A stretch of DNA of 64,000 nt from positions 160,001-224,000 of the IMG/VR virus record IMGVR_UViG_3300028603_000017, one strand, 5' to 3'. Made by a program: the position numbers and the translations under genes. Positions 47,870-57,398 of this stretch are shown here, piece by piece. The stretch's first letter is position 1, and the number at the start of each line of letters is the position of its first letter. Source of the stretch: a virus (lineage: Duplodnaviria > Caudoviricetes). Below the pieces are notes generated by a model. It was not told where the DNA came from. It worked only from the letters and a program-made list of their open reading frames with translations, and searched no databases.

Positions 47870-48646
47870 ATGAGTGTAAAGAAAACTCTATTTGGCTTTT
47901 TCAAGCTAAATGATGAAGGCATTAAGTTCAAGCTATATCGTTCTGAGATTACTTTTCCTGAAAAGACAGAACTAGAAAAGTTTCCTGATGAGAGCATTAT
48001 TGAAATTGGTTCTAATGCTTACGATGCTTTTGTGGACGGTTTTGTAGACATTATCGCTAATAATGAACTCATGCCTGTGGATGAGCTATCTGATGAAGTC
48101 TTTAACAATCTAGATAATCTATTTACTACTACCTACGAACTAGTAAAAGAAGGTGGTCAGTATTATGGTAAGGAAGCTACTGTTTTACTACAGTTGGTGC
48201 AGGAGGACAAAGGTCCTTTAGCGGGTGTTCCTACTATGAGGACAAAGGTACGTATTGGTAAATACCGTCCTGCTCCTGGTAATGTAATTGTGCGTTTAGA
48301 GGATGAACAAGCAGATGAACCCAGTGGTCCTCCTGACGCAATGTCTTCATCTATGTGGACAATTAGTGCTGATGACGGATTATCGATTAATCTAACGATT
48401 AATGAATTTCCTGAAGGTGGATATCCTGCTACCAGTTTAATTGTTAGAGCTTACCTCACAGGCGAGACTACTGTAGTTAGTGAGCACACCTATTCTGTTG
48501 GCGATATTGAGCTTGGTTCTAGTTTCAATGTGAATAATGATTTAGAACTTGATGCTGGTCAAGAGTTTGACATTGTGCTAACGTTAGCTAATGTTGACGG
48601 TCAAAGCGATCCTTCAGACATTAAGTCGATTACTCCTTTTAATTAA
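47870..48646 (+). CDS. acidic protein with C-terminal FN3/Ig-like domain (probable virion decoration protein)
   Basis: P..GG.P.T and L.AGQEFDI.L...N..GQS.PS pattern typical of FN3. Confidence 0.55.
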   Translation: MSVKKTLFGFFKLNDEGIKFKLYRSEITFPEKTELEKFPDESIIEIGSNAYDAFVDGFVDIIANNELMPVDELSDEVFNNLDNLFTTTYELVKEGGQYYGKEATVLLQLVQEDKGPLAGVPTMRTKVRIGKYRPAPGNVIVRLEDEQADEPSGPPDAMSSSMWTISADDGLSINLTINEFPEGGYPATSLIVRAYLTGETTVVSEHTYSVGDIELGSSFNVNNDLELDAGQEFDIVLTLANVDGQSDPSDIKSITPFN

Positions 48647-48656
48647 CCGCCATATA

Positions 48657-48683
48657 CTCCAGGTAGTTTATCACTACCTGGAG
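48657..48683. terminator. intergenic hairpin (CATA...TATG family)
   Basis: ctccaggtagt/actacctggag. Confidence 0.6.
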
Positions 48684-48740
48684 CTATGTTGATAAAATAT
48701 TTTTATATCTAATTTCTTAGAGCATCTAGGAGATTGTATA

Positions 48741-49247
48741 ATGAAACAATATGTATTAGGCTTTGCCTTATATCAAACAAAGATTCTTTTGATACTTAAA
48801 GCCAGACCTGAATTTCAAAAGGGCTTTCTAAATGGTGTTGGTGGTTCTATTGAAGTTGGTGAAACGCCTGAAAAAGCTATGGCTCGTGAATTCAAAGAAG
48901 AAACCAACATCTTCATTAGTCAGTCGAGTTGGAATTCATTAGGTTTGTTATTAGATCCACATATCGATATATTACCTGATGTATATTGTTTTTATGCTTT
49001 CTTGAGAAAATATGAATATATCCAACTGTGTGATTATATAAATTCTGGTACTACTTTCTCAGAAGGTGAACCATTAATTTTTCTTGATATCTATAAGAAT
49101 CTAGAAAAGTTTCACAATACAAATAAGTTAATGTACAATATCTTTGATATTGTGATTGATATGGTTGACAGACTTTACCCAAGATATCAAAAAATTGTTA
49201 CAGACCATCAACCAATCAAGAGACTCAGATCAATTGAAGGAAACTGA
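48741..49247 (+). CDS. Nudix hydrolase
   Basis: Nudix box GGSIEVGETPEKAMAREFKEET. Confidence 0.9.
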   Translation: MKQYVLGFALYQTKILLILKARPEFQKGFLNGVGGSIEVGETPEKAMAREFKEETNIFISQSSWNSLGLLLDPHIDILPDVYCFYAFLRKYEYIQLCDYINSGTTFSEGEPLIFLDIYKNLEKFHNTNKLMYNIFDIVIDMVDRLYPRYQKIVTDHQPIKRLRSIEGN

Positions 49248-49435
49248 TGCAATATGTTTTAATGTTAGTATTGGGATTTACCACGCCTACTGGTGGATTT
49301 AATACTCAAAAATTTGAAGTAGCTGGCTTTAAATCAGAATCTCAATGTCAATCTGAGATAGCTAGATTAAGAGTAAATAACTTTAAGCAAGACAACGGTG
49401 TGACAATTATTTTCTCACATTGTCTAAAAAAGTAA
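49247..49435 (+). CDS. small hypothetical (possibly exported) protein
   Basis: 62 aa, hydrophobic N-terminus, two Cys. Confidence 0.6.
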   Translation: MQYVLMLVLGFTTPTGGFNTQKFEVAGFKSESQCQSEIARLRVNNFKQDNGVTIIFSHCLKK

Positions 49436-49456
49436 TTATTCAAATAGGAGACTGTA

Positions 49457-49594
49457 ATGATTAATATTAGCAAGGAAACTATAAATAATATTATTTACTT
49501 TCTTATTTGTTGTGTTATCGTTTATGGTTTTCTATATATCTGTATTAGTCTTTTACAAATAGTTTCTATATTTTTAAGCTCTTATCCAATATGA
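49457..49594 (+). CDS. small membrane protein (45 aa, not in the ORF track)
   Basis: AGGAG RBS, one TM segment, ATGA overlap with the next gene. Confidence 0.45.
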   Translation: MINISKETINNIIYFLICCVIVYGFLYICISLLQIVSIFLSSYPI

Positions 49595-49797
49595 ATCCCT
49601 ACGAATATGCTCGTCATTTAGCTTCCAAAGTCGTTATGACTGGAGCTGATAAACAAAAAAGAATTGATATCTGTAATGCTTGTGATCAGCGTAAAGTAGA
49701 AGCTTTTACAGGTACAGTTCTTTGTAACAAATGCGGATGTGTTATTTCTTGGAAAACATCCTTAGTAGATCAATCTTGTCCATTAGGAAAATGGTAG
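49591..49797 (+). CDS. small Cys-rich Zn-binding protein (DUF6171-like)
   Basis: R..IC..C, C.KCGC and CPLGKW. Confidence 0.75.
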   Translation: MNPYEYARHLASKVVMTGADKQKRIDICNACDQRKVEAFTGTVLCNKCGCVISWKTSLVDQSCPLGKW

Positions 49798-50285
49798 AGA
49801 AATTACATATATTTAATTGGAGAAGGTATGATGGATACGAAGTATCTTCTAAGGGAGATTCTAGGTTTTCAGCTCTGAATGCTAGATTTCCTATCGAGTA
49901 TCTAGGTGGTAGAACAATAGAGCAGATCTATCAGTGTTGCGTGAAGCAGTTTAATCCAGGTGGAACAAACTGGAAAGATTATAAAGGTAAACCACCTTTA
50001 GATCCAGTTGTTGATCTTTGGAAAGAGTATCTGAGTCTTTGGAGATTGTGGTCTCATCTAAACATTGATCTCATGAGAGAGCTTTATGCAAATGCGTCAT
50101 ATGGTGGACAGCATTATCTTTCAGATATGTTTGCCAATACTTCAATTAGTCAAGCTAGAGCTTTAGCTAGTTGTCTTAATGAGCTTCTTTCATTTAAAGG
50201 TCCTAATCCAGACGTAATAACTGCTTTAGAATCTGTTACATATAAACAACTAATTTACCCTATTGGTAAATTAAAGGAATTTTAA
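49791..50285 (+). CDS. NADAR-like protein (putative ADP-ribose glycohydrolase)
   Basis: YEVSSKGD.RFSALNA...TIEQIYQ..VK resembles DarT1-associated NADAR-type proteins; start reassigned to ATG 49791 after AGGA. Confidence 0.45.
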   Translation: MVEKLHIFNWRRYDGYEVSSKGDSRFSALNARFPIEYLGGRTIEQIYQCCVKQFNPGGTNWKDYKGKPPLDPVVDLWKEYLSLWRLWSHLNIDLMRELYANASYGGQHYLSDMFANTSISQARALASCLNELLSFKGPNPDVITALESVTYKQLIYPIGKLKEF

Positions 50286-50821
50286 TGAATCCTCATCCTT
50301 TTATCCATATTTTGAGTTTATTTGTTCTGAAACACTTTGTAGTAGATTTTTTACTACAAAACAAATTTCAATTGAATAATAAGGGAGACTATTTGCACTT
50401 TGGAGGCATTTTACATTCCTTACTGCACGGTATAGCTACAGCAGCAATTGTTTACTACATGACTTATAAAGTCTTTATATTTGCTTTTGATTTGGCTGTT
50501 GTATTAGGTTTTATCGATTATGTAATCCACTATCACATTGATTGGGCTAAAGTAAATATCAATAAGAAATTTAACTTTCATCCAGGAACATCTGAGTTTT
50601 GGGTATTGCTTGGATTAGATCAATTATTACATTACTTTACATATATCCTGATTATATTGTTGGTATTTAGTGGACACTATGATTGGATGGTAGAAATCTC
50701 CACTATCGTAATTTATTTAATTGGACTGTCTTTGTTCTTAAGCGTTATTGATTTAATGGCATGCAAGACTGATGATTACTACCGTAATAAGAAGTCGTCT
50801 ATCTCGGAGAATAAAATATGA
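50285..50821 (+). CDS. DUF3307-family membrane protein
   Basis: KHF..DF.LQ, HS..HG, HY.ID..K and DQ.LH motifs. Confidence 0.8.
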   Translation: MNPHPFIHILSLFVLKHFVVDFLLQNKFQLNNKGDYLHFGGILHSLLHGIATAAIVYYMTYKVFIFAFDLAVVLGFIDYVIHYHIDWAKVNINKKFNFHPGTSEFWVLLGLDQLLHYFTYILIILLVFSGHYDWMVEISTIVIYLIGLSLFLSVIDLMACKTDDYYRNKKSSISENKI

Positions 50822-51084
50822 GCGATAAAGATAGCGATCATATTTTAGATAAAGCCAGTGTTGCTGCGGCTAAAATTAATCAAACTAATATTCAAAGGAA
50901 GATTGAGTATTATCAAGCTGCCAACAAGTTATGGTATTGGAGAGTAAGAGCTGCCTCGAACGGTAAGGTTACTCAAACGGGAGCTGAAGGATACGTCAGT
51001 AAAGGAAATGTTTTAAGAGCTATTGCTAAAGAATCTAGCTTCTGGAATAAAAACTATTACTCGAACCCTATGCAAACCAAGTAA
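50818..51084 (+). CDS. YegP/DUF1508-like protein
   Basis: WYWRVRA.NG.....EGY.SK.N..RAI. Confidence 0.7.
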   Translation: MSDKDSDHILDKASVAAAKINQTNIQRKIEYYQAANKLWYWRVRAASNGKVTQTGAEGYVSKGNVLRAIAKESSFWNKNYYSNPMQTK

Positions 51085-51587
51085 TGATTAAGACTGTTAA
51101 GGGAAATCTGCTTTCAGTCACTGAGGGTATTATTTTACATGGTGTAAACTGTCAGGGTGTTATGGGTTCTGGTATAGCCTTACAAATCAGAAACAAATAC
51201 CCTGTTGTTTACCATAATTACACTTCTCTTTTTAATAAACTCAAAGAACAAAAGATTGATAAAGCTACACTGTTAGGCTCTATTCAAGAAGTAATAATAA
51301 ATAAAGATCTTTCTATTATTAATTGTTTTACTCAACTTTATTATGGTAGAGATCCTAAGGTGCGCTATATTGATTATGTAGCATTAGAAAGATGTTTAGA
51401 ATTGGTGATACAGCTTTTTAATACTAAAAAGCTGACCAATTCTGACTTCAAGCCTTTAATTGCTTTTCCTAGAATAGGTGCAGGGTTAGCTAATGGTGAT
51501 TGGTCTGTTATTGAAAACATTATAGAGAAAACGCTTGGAAAATATTCTCATGCTGTATCTCTAGAGCTATACGACATAAAGCAGTAG
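51084..51587 (+). CDS. macrodomain protein (Poa1p/TARG1/DarG-like ADP-ribose processing)
   Basis: VKGNLL, HGVNC.GVMGSGIA and FPRIGAGLANGDW. Confidence 0.88.
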   Translation: MIKTVKGNLLSVTEGIILHGVNCQGVMGSGIALQIRNKYPVVYHNYTSLFNKLKEQKIDKATLLGSIQEVIINKDLSIINCFTQLYYGRDPKVRYIDYVALERCLELVIQLFNTKKLTNSDFKPLIAFPRIGAGLANGDWSVIENIIEKTLGKYSHAVSLELYDIKQ

Positions 51588-51616
51588 GTAGATAGGATGT
51601 CTCCTATCTACCTACT
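51583..51616. terminator. intergenic hairpin
   Basis: agtaggtagatagga/tcctatctacctact, then ATG. Confidence 0.6.
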
Positions 51617-51705
51617 ATGACACCATTTTAATTAAAAATATTTCAATAACATATTGTAGACATGGGAATTAATAGTGATTCCCATAAAAAAGGAAGTGTT
51701 CTACC

Positions 51706-51984
51706 ATGTCTGAAAACAATCAACAACTCCAAGAAATGTTCTTCGAAGTGCAGCGTATGTTGCGCTATTTGCGCAATGTGCGTATCCAGGTGACCCAAAT
51801 GGGTCTGAACAACACCAAAAACAAGACAGCTCGTATCAAGGTGTTGGAAGAGCAGCTGTCGACACTGCTCCAGCAAAACCCCAGGAATAACATCCTTATC
51901 GATGACGTTCTCGAAGAACTCGGTGAGTTGATCGTGATCAAGAGCGAGTATCACAAGATCGCTCAGGAACAAAACGTTATTTAA
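51706..51984 (+). CDS. hypothetical early coiled-coil protein
   Basis: AAAGGA RBS, upstream CATATTG promoter-like motif, GC-richer codons. Confidence 0.7.
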   Translation: MSENNQQLQEMFFEVQRMLRYLRNVRIQVTQMGLNNTKNKTARIKVLEEQLSTLLQQNPRNNILIDDVLEELGELIVIKSEYHKIAQEQNVI

Positions 51985-52056
51985 ACGGTTTTAGATAGTA
52001 GTACAGATTAATCTGTACTACTATTAATGTTATTCGTTGAAATAAGGAAATCTACC

Positions 52057-52911
52057 ATGTCTAACCAAATAAAGTTCCACACCCATCACTTCCCTGTCGG
52101 CACTCTCTTTCGTTTGAAGGAGAGCGTCTGTTTCGCACTTGTAGGTGAAGACCTGGATGAAGTCTTTGAGGTCAAAGACATTGTTCGCAACGGTGAACAG
52201 AGCTTTTGCATCAGAACGACCACAGCTGACGAAAGCTTTGCATTCAAAGGCTCGGATATGCTCAAGAGTTACAACATCGTGCACGTTCGAGAAATCGTAA
52301 AGCGTGGTGATGGCGATATCGTTATCTGTCAGCAATACCATGATCATATCGATCAGATGATCGAACATACTTTCGATAGTCTCGATTGCTTTCGTCGAGC
52401 AGCTCTGAATGCTGCGTCTATCAAGATTAAGAAAACAGACATCTGTTTTACTGATGGCTACGAAATTTCTACTCTGGCTTGGCTTTACAGCCAGCTGGAC
52501 GATAGTTGCATGACTATGTGTGATAGGAAGGTTTTGCAATTGTTCTACAAGTCTGCTCTTTCTTACAAAAGAGTTCAGGTTCGTGGATACGGCAATATTT
52601 ACATCGTCAACAAAAAGCGTTTCAAGAAGTGGGTGATGCAGAATCGTAACCGTTTCTTAACTTCTGTGTCAAAAGCTCAGAAGGAAAGCGATGATGTGAT
52701 GAACGAAGCTTTGGAGAGAGCCTTCGACAGCTATATCGACGACAAGTATCCTGAGACTGTCGACAAATCTCAAGATAGCTGCTATGTTGATGATTACGAT
52801 AGCTATGTGGATCATGATGACTATCGGAGCAAGCAATTTCGTCAGCTTCTCACGGACTCTGAACAAGCACCAACTGACGATGGATTGATCAATAAGATCG
52901 ATAACAATTAA
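52057..52911 (+). CDS. hypothetical protein
   Basis: AAGGA RBS before ATG 52057 (the track starts at 52027). Confidence 0.7.
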   Translation: MSNQIKFHTHHFPVGTLFRLKESVCFALVGEDLDEVFEVKDIVRNGEQSFCIRTTTADESFAFKGSDMLKSYNIVHVREIVKRGDGDIVICQQYHDHIDQMIEHTFDSLDCFRRAALNAASIKIKKTDICFTDGYEISTLAWLYSQLDDSCMTMCDRKVLQLFYKSALSYKRVQVRGYGNIYIVNKKRFKKWVMQNRNRFLTSVSKAQKESDDVMNEALERAFDSYIDDKYPETVDKSQDSCYVDDYDSYVDHDDYRSKQFRQLLTDSEQAPTDDGLINKIDNN

Positions 52912-52964
52912 TCAACCTGAAATAGGTGAGCTTGTGTTCACCTATTTCTTTTTAGGATAAAATT

Positions 52965-53297
52965 ATGATGGAACTCAACAACTGGTATACCCACATGCAA
53001 AGTGTGTCTAGTGTGCTGGATGATCCATTCAAGGCACCACAACAAGTCCAGCCAGCTATTGGTATCTCAGGCACCGTAACTGGTCATCCGGATTTCGAAG
53101 ATGGTGATGAAATCATAACGTCCAAAATTATCGATGTTTACGAACATGATGGAGATGTCTATGTGCGGACTTTCTCTGGAAGTCTGTACAAACTCTTGGA
53201 GCCTAAGGCTTCTTACGAACAATACGTGCTGAACGCTAAGCAGCGTTTGGTCGATACCTTCAAAAACGCTAAGTGTAAGGTAAGTCATGACTCATGA
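52965..53297 (+). CDS. hypothetical protein
   Basis: G.V.GHP.F.DG..I.TS...T.SG..Y.L motif common in phage proteins. Confidence 0.7.
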   Translation: MMELNNWYTHMQSVSSVLDDPFKAPQQVQPAIGISGTVTGHPDFEDGDEIITSKIIDVYEHDGDVYVRTFSGSLYKLLEPKASYEQYVLNAKQRLVDTFKNAKCKVSHDS

Positions 53298-53586
53298 TAA
53301 TACTGCACCATTGACAGCACTTCAGTGGTTGATCAATATGCATAAAGTGTGTCGCTTTATGTCTATCGAAAATACCAAGGATAAGCTCGCTCCTGCAACC
53401 AACGGTGAGCTCAGGCGCTGGATTACCCAAGGTGCACTTGAAGTCAATTTCGAGAAGATCGCTATCAACGATCCTTGGCCACCAGTCATCAAATCTGTGG
53501 TTTTGTTTCCGAAAAGCCAAAAGCGTCGTTGTACGCTATTCTTCGATAACGATATCACACTCATCCAAGTGAAGGAAACCGCATGA
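53287..53586 (+). CDS. hypothetical protein
   Basis: 99-aa ORF coupled to its neighbours. Confidence 0.65.
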   Translation: MTHDNTAPLTALQWLINMHKVCRFMSIENTKDKLAPATNGELRRWITQGALEVNFEKIAINDPWPPVIKSVVLFPKSQKRRCTLFFDNDITLIQVKETA

Positions 53587-54068
53587 TTTCAAAATTACTT
53601 AATATTCTTTTTCCTAAAACGATGCTCTCTGTCTTCAATGATGGTGTGAGAGAAGGAGAAGCAAACATCGTTGATAAGATCACAGTTGAGCGAGAGCTTG
53701 CTACCAAACAAAATCGGGTATTCGAGATCGAAGATCTGATGTATAAGCCTGTTATTGTAATCAGTAACGAGTGGGAAGATATGGGTTTGGGAATTGTCTG
53801 TGGTATTGAGTATATCACAAAAGCACAAAATCCTGTACCTGTTGTTCATTTTTTCGACACAGATGAAAAACTGATCTGTCTTTCCAAGATTGTTCCTTTC
53901 AGCTACGATTTATTCGTAATTCTGGAGCAACTTACCCCTTATCAACGCTGGGCCATTCTGACAGGTGATTGGCATTATATGGACAAGAGTGCTCCTGAAA
54001 ATGCCAAGGAACTCAAGTCATTTGAGTATTATAAGAAGATTATCTACGAAGCCATAGTCATAAGCTGA
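53583..54068 (+). CDS. hypothetical protein
   Basis: 161-aa ORF with ATGA overlap. Confidence 0.7.
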   Translation: MISKLLNILFPKTMLSVFNDGVREGEANIVDKITVERELATKQNRVFEIEDLMYKPVIVISNEWEDMGLGIVCGIEYITKAQNPVPVVHFFDTDEKLICLSKIVPFSYDLFVILEQLTPYQRWAILTGDWHYMDKSAPENAKELKSFEYYKKIIYEAIVIS

Positions 54069-54076
54069 CAACATTG

Positions 54077-54103
54077 CTCCCAGTGCCTGATAGGCACTGG
54101 GAG
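54077..54103 (+). terminator. hairpin terminator
   Basis: ctcccagtgcct/aggcactgggag, T-rich tract downstream. Confidence 0.65.
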
Positions 54104-54125
54104 AATTTCTTAATTCTTTTTTCTT

Positions 54126-54569
54126 TTGAATAAAATGTGGATGAACGAGACACCTGACTTTTCTATAGTAGAAAAAGATTACGATTGGTTAAAATCTTAC
54201 TGTATTGATCAATACAGTAAGATAATTACACCTACATCGGTTTACTGGGAAAGATATGCTCTGACTTGCTATGATGAGTTTGAGATGACTTACCATATCT
54301 ATTCCATTATCTTGAATAATGAAGATATAGGTTACGCCATAGTACCTAAGTACATGCCTGAAGTACTTAAGAGCTTATTTATCACACCTAGATTTAGGCG
54401 ACAAGGTATTGGCAGTAAAGTAACCAATATGCTGAAAATAGAAAAACTCTCTTGCATAGCTGATAACCAAAATGCTTTGAGAGTTTATCAAAGACTCGGT
54501 TTTCAGACTGTTATTACTAAAGATCCAAATCAAGGATCTTTAATGTTGGAGAGAAAGTTATGTCCTTAA
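54126..54569 (+). CDS. GNAT-family acetyltransferase
   Basis: LFITPRFRRQGIGS (motif A) and N..ALRVYQRLGF (motif B). Confidence 0.88.
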   Translation: MNKMWMNETPDFSIVEKDYDWLKSYCIDQYSKIITPTSVYWERYALTCYDEFEMTYHIYSIILNNEDIGYAIVPKYMPEVLKSLFITPRFRRQGIGSKVTNMLKIEKLSCIADNQNALRVYQRLGFQTVITKDPNQGSLMLERKLCP

Positions 54570-54886
54570 TGTGTATGTTGGGTTTTCACAAATACGATAA
54601 TGGATTTGTGAAATTTACTGAACCTTTAAAAGCCGGTAGGTTTGATGAAGTATCACACAAAGTACAATATGTGCAAAATTGTGTTATGTGTGGTAAAACA
54701 AAAACAACAGATACTTATATCTTTACTGAAGAGGATTTCAATCTAATTCCTAGAAAAGAAATAAGTATTGCTATAAATACTAGAATTAAAAACCTAATAA
54801 AAGACGGGTTTAGTAATAAAGAGATAGTTGAAGAAACAGGTGTTTCATTAGCTACTGTAAAGCGTAGACGAAAAGAATTTCAATAA
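54560..54886 (+). CDS. small protein with Cys/His N-terminal module and C-terminal HTH
   Basis: C.LGFHKY...C..CG and GFSNKEIVEETGVSLATVKR. Confidence 0.7.
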   Translation: MSLMCMLGFHKYDNGFVKFTEPLKAGRFDEVSHKVQYVQNCVMCGKTKTTDTYIFTEEDFNLIPRKEISIAINTRIKNLIKDGFSNKEIVEETGVSLATVKRRRKEFQ

Positions 54887-54930
54887 CATAAATGATTTGT
54901 TTTTCTATTTTGAAATAATAAATTCTATCT

Positions 54931-54969
54931 ATACTACCTACCTGAGTATTTAGCTCAGGTAGGTAGTAT
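54931..54969. terminator. intergenic hairpin
   Basis: atactacctacctgag/ctcaggtaggtagtat. Confidence 0.6.
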
Positions 54970-55027
54970 GTTATTGAAATATTTACAGATTATGATAATC
55001 TAATGTTTAATACATACATCTTAAATC

Positions 55028-55366
55028 ATGACTCAGCTTTATTCTTTTACAGCAGAATTACAAAAGGTTTGGGATGATTTCGTGGCTACTCGTCCTGATG
55101 CTATCAAAAAACTCTGTGAAAGATTAAAACCCAATCATCTTTATAAGTATAAGAAAACAAATCAATTGGTGGTCATTAATTCTTTTACTGAGGAAGATGA
55201 CGGTAGAATAACCATTACAGTAACAATACCTAGATCTCTTAATGGTAGAATATTTCCTACTAAATCAGTATTTGGCGTAGATCCTGATGATTTGGTAGAC
55301 GCAGTTATTCCAGAAGGTATTGTTTGTAGAAATGTAGATGATTTTGAAGATTTGATTTATGGATAA
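55028..55366 (+). CDS. hypothetical protein
   Basis: 112-aa ORF. Confidence 0.7.
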   Translation: MTQLYSFTAELQKVWDDFVATRPDAIKKLCERLKPNHLYKYKKTNQLVVINSFTEEDDGRITITVTIPRSLNGRIFPTKSVFGVDPDDLVDAVIPEGIVCRNVDDFEDLIYG

Positions 55367-55766
55367 TAATAGATTTAGGATATTAACACGAAAATACACT
55401 TGGTTACTTCAAAGAACACAAAGTGATTTCGAATCAATACTCTCACTTACATCTAAAGAAGTTCCAATCTACTATTACAATAAAGTAGGTAAAGCATTTA
55501 ATCAATTACCTCAAACAGAACCAATAGGCGTAGCTGATTCACTGGATATTTCTTATTCAGATAGTTATCCAGATCCAGATTATTTTAATACAGGTATTTA
55601 TGCCAATATTAAGTTTTTTGAATCTGATGACGTAAAAAAGAAATTATTGAATAATGAATTTGGCTCAATGTTAAATTCAGTCACAATATCGTCTCCAATT
55701 AATTCTTTTTCTAAAGAGAAGATTCTCTACGTTGTGTTTGGTCCAAAAGAGTTGTTTAGAGGTTAA
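55359..55766 (+). CDS. hypothetical protein
   Basis: 135-aa ORF. Confidence 0.65.
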   Translation: MDNNRFRILTRKYTWLLQRTQSDFESILSLTSKEVPIYYYNKVGKAFNQLPQTEPIGVADSLDISYSDSYPDPDYFNTGIYANIKFFESDDVKKKLLNNEFGSMLNSVTISSPINSFSKEKILYVVFGPKELFRG

Positions 55767-55769
55767 GAT

Positions 55770-55940
55770 ATGAAATGTGTTCATTGCTGCTATGGTTTGG
55801 ATAAAGGACCACTGTTTAGGATCAATCATAAAGGTGAGTCAGGCATTTGGACACATTCCCAATGCCAGCAACAAACTATTGATCCTGAAGTCCAGACTAT
55901 AGTTGATATTATTGAAGCAGACAAACAAATAAAACATTAA
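55770..55940 (+). CDS. small putative Zn-finger protein (56 aa, not in the ORF track)
   Basis: MKCVHC...LFRIN.KGE.GIW.H..C; fills the gap between two genes exactly; GAGG RBS. Confidence 0.6.
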   Translation: MKCVHCCYGLDKGPLFRINHKGESGIWTHSQCQQQTIDPEVQTIVDIIEADKQIKH

Positions 55941-55941
55941 A

Positions 55942-57150
55942 ATGTTAGTACATTTACAAGAATTTTATACCAGGTATTCTGAATTCACTTCTTCAAACCA
56001 AATGCTTGGAGCAGTAGTAGCTGGTCTAGCTGTTACTGCGTTTGGTTTTATCTTTAAGTCTATTCCTAATAAAATCTGGAACGCTTTTAAGAAAGTGGCT
56101 GTAGCTTCTGTGGAATTTAATTCACAAGCCAGCTGGAGAGACGCCATTGGGTGCGATAAGTTAGCTCTATGGGCTAATAAAAACAAAACTATTTTTTCTT
56201 CTAAATCTTGTATTCCTGTATTTGACTCAGATACTGAACAGTTTGGTATTGGAATTGGTATTGGTAAAAATCTTGTTAGAGACGGATTTAACTTTTATAT
56301 CGTAGATATGAAGCTAGAAAAAGCTCAGCAAACGATGAAAGTTAATTACAATATCACTGTTTCTACCCTTTGGTATAAAAAGAAATCTTTAGAAACCTTA
56401 CTTAACTTTATTTTCAACACCAAAAGAAAAAAAGGTTTATCTATTTACGAATACGACGATGAGCAAGAATGGATTGAGAAAACGATTCCTGAGAGAAAAC
56501 TCAGTACGGTTGTAACTACCGACAATGTAGGGCAACAAATTCTTTCAGCATGTAAAAGCTTTGTTGAAAATAAAGATTGGTATACCAAAGCAGCTATTTC
56601 TCATAAATTAGGAATTATGCTCTATGGCTCTCCTGGTACAGGTAAAACCAGTTTGATCAAGGCTTTAGCGTCTGAACTCAATAGGGATCTGTATATCCTC
56701 AATCTACCTACTGCTTTTGATAAATCTTTTGTAAAAGCTGTACGTAATCTAAAGGCTGGATGTATTTTGTCTTTAGAGGATATTGATTGTGTGGATGGTA
56801 CGCATTCCAGAGAAGAAGAAAAGTACAGTAGAAGAGCTGGGTTTAATCTAGCTACCATTCTTAACGTCTTAGATGGATTGATTCCCTTAAATGACGTCAT
56901 TGTGATTATGTCTACCAACCATATCCAAAAGATTGATCCAGCACTGCTTAGGAAAGGTAGATCTGATTTGATGATAGAGGTTAAACCTCTAGACAGCAAA
57001 GCTGTTAATCAATACTCTCAGATTGTTTACAATAAAGATGTTGAATTTAATGGTGAAATAAAGGGATGTGATCTACAAGCTATTGTTTTAGAACATATGA
57101 CTGATTACGATGGTTTTTCTAATGCTTTAAAGGCTATAGAGAAATCATAA
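55942..57150 (+). CDS. BCS1-like AAA+ ATPase with N-terminal TM helix
   Basis: LYGSPGTGKTS, LEDID, LNVLDG, STNH and DPALLRKGR.D. Confidence 0.88.
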   Translation: MLVHLQEFYTRYSEFTSSNQMLGAVVAGLAVTAFGFIFKSIPNKIWNAFKKVAVASVEFNSQASWRDAIGCDKLALWANKNKTIFSSKSCIPVFDSDTEQFGIGIGIGKNLVRDGFNFYIVDMKLEKAQQTMKVNYNITVSTLWYKKKSLETLLNFIFNTKRKKGLSIYEYDDEQEWIEKTIPERKLSTVVTTDNVGQQILSACKSFVENKDWYTKAAISHKLGIMLYGSPGTGKTSLIKALASELNRDLYILNLPTAFDKSFVKAVRNLKAGCILSLEDIDCVDGTHSREEEKYSRRAGFNLATILNVLDGLIPLNDVIVIMSTNHIQKIDPALLRKGRSDLMIEVKPLDSKAVNQYSQIVYNKDVEFNGEIKGCDLQAIVLEHMTDYDGFSNALKAIEKS

Positions 57151-57154
57151 CCTT

Positions 57155-57297
57155 TTTGGGTGGCTTAGCAGTAAATGCTCAAAGTACTTTCACCAACTAT
57201 TTTAACCAGAGGTTATGGATAGGGCAAGCGGTAGTAAGTGCGACAGTTTCACATCCATTCTAACCATATCGCTGGTTAGGCTGTTAAGTCACCCAAA
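57155..57297 (+). ncRNA. candidate ~145-nt structured small RNA
   Basis: 17-bp closing stem with G-U pairs (57155-57171/57281-57297); inner stems 57203-57209/57272-57278, 57211-57215/57261-57265, 57216-57220/57253-57257. Confidence 0.4.
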
Positions 57298-57303
57298 TTC
57301 ATA

Positions 57304-57331
57304 CTCCCAGCAGGTATTAACCTGCTGGGAG
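57304..57331. terminator. intergenic hairpin (CATA...TATG family)
   Basis: ctcccagcaggt/acctgctgggag. Confidence 0.65.
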
Positions 57332-57398
57332 CCTATGTTCTATTTTTATTTTAGTTAAAATCACATGAGTTGAGTGTTATTTGTTTAAAGGAAGATAT

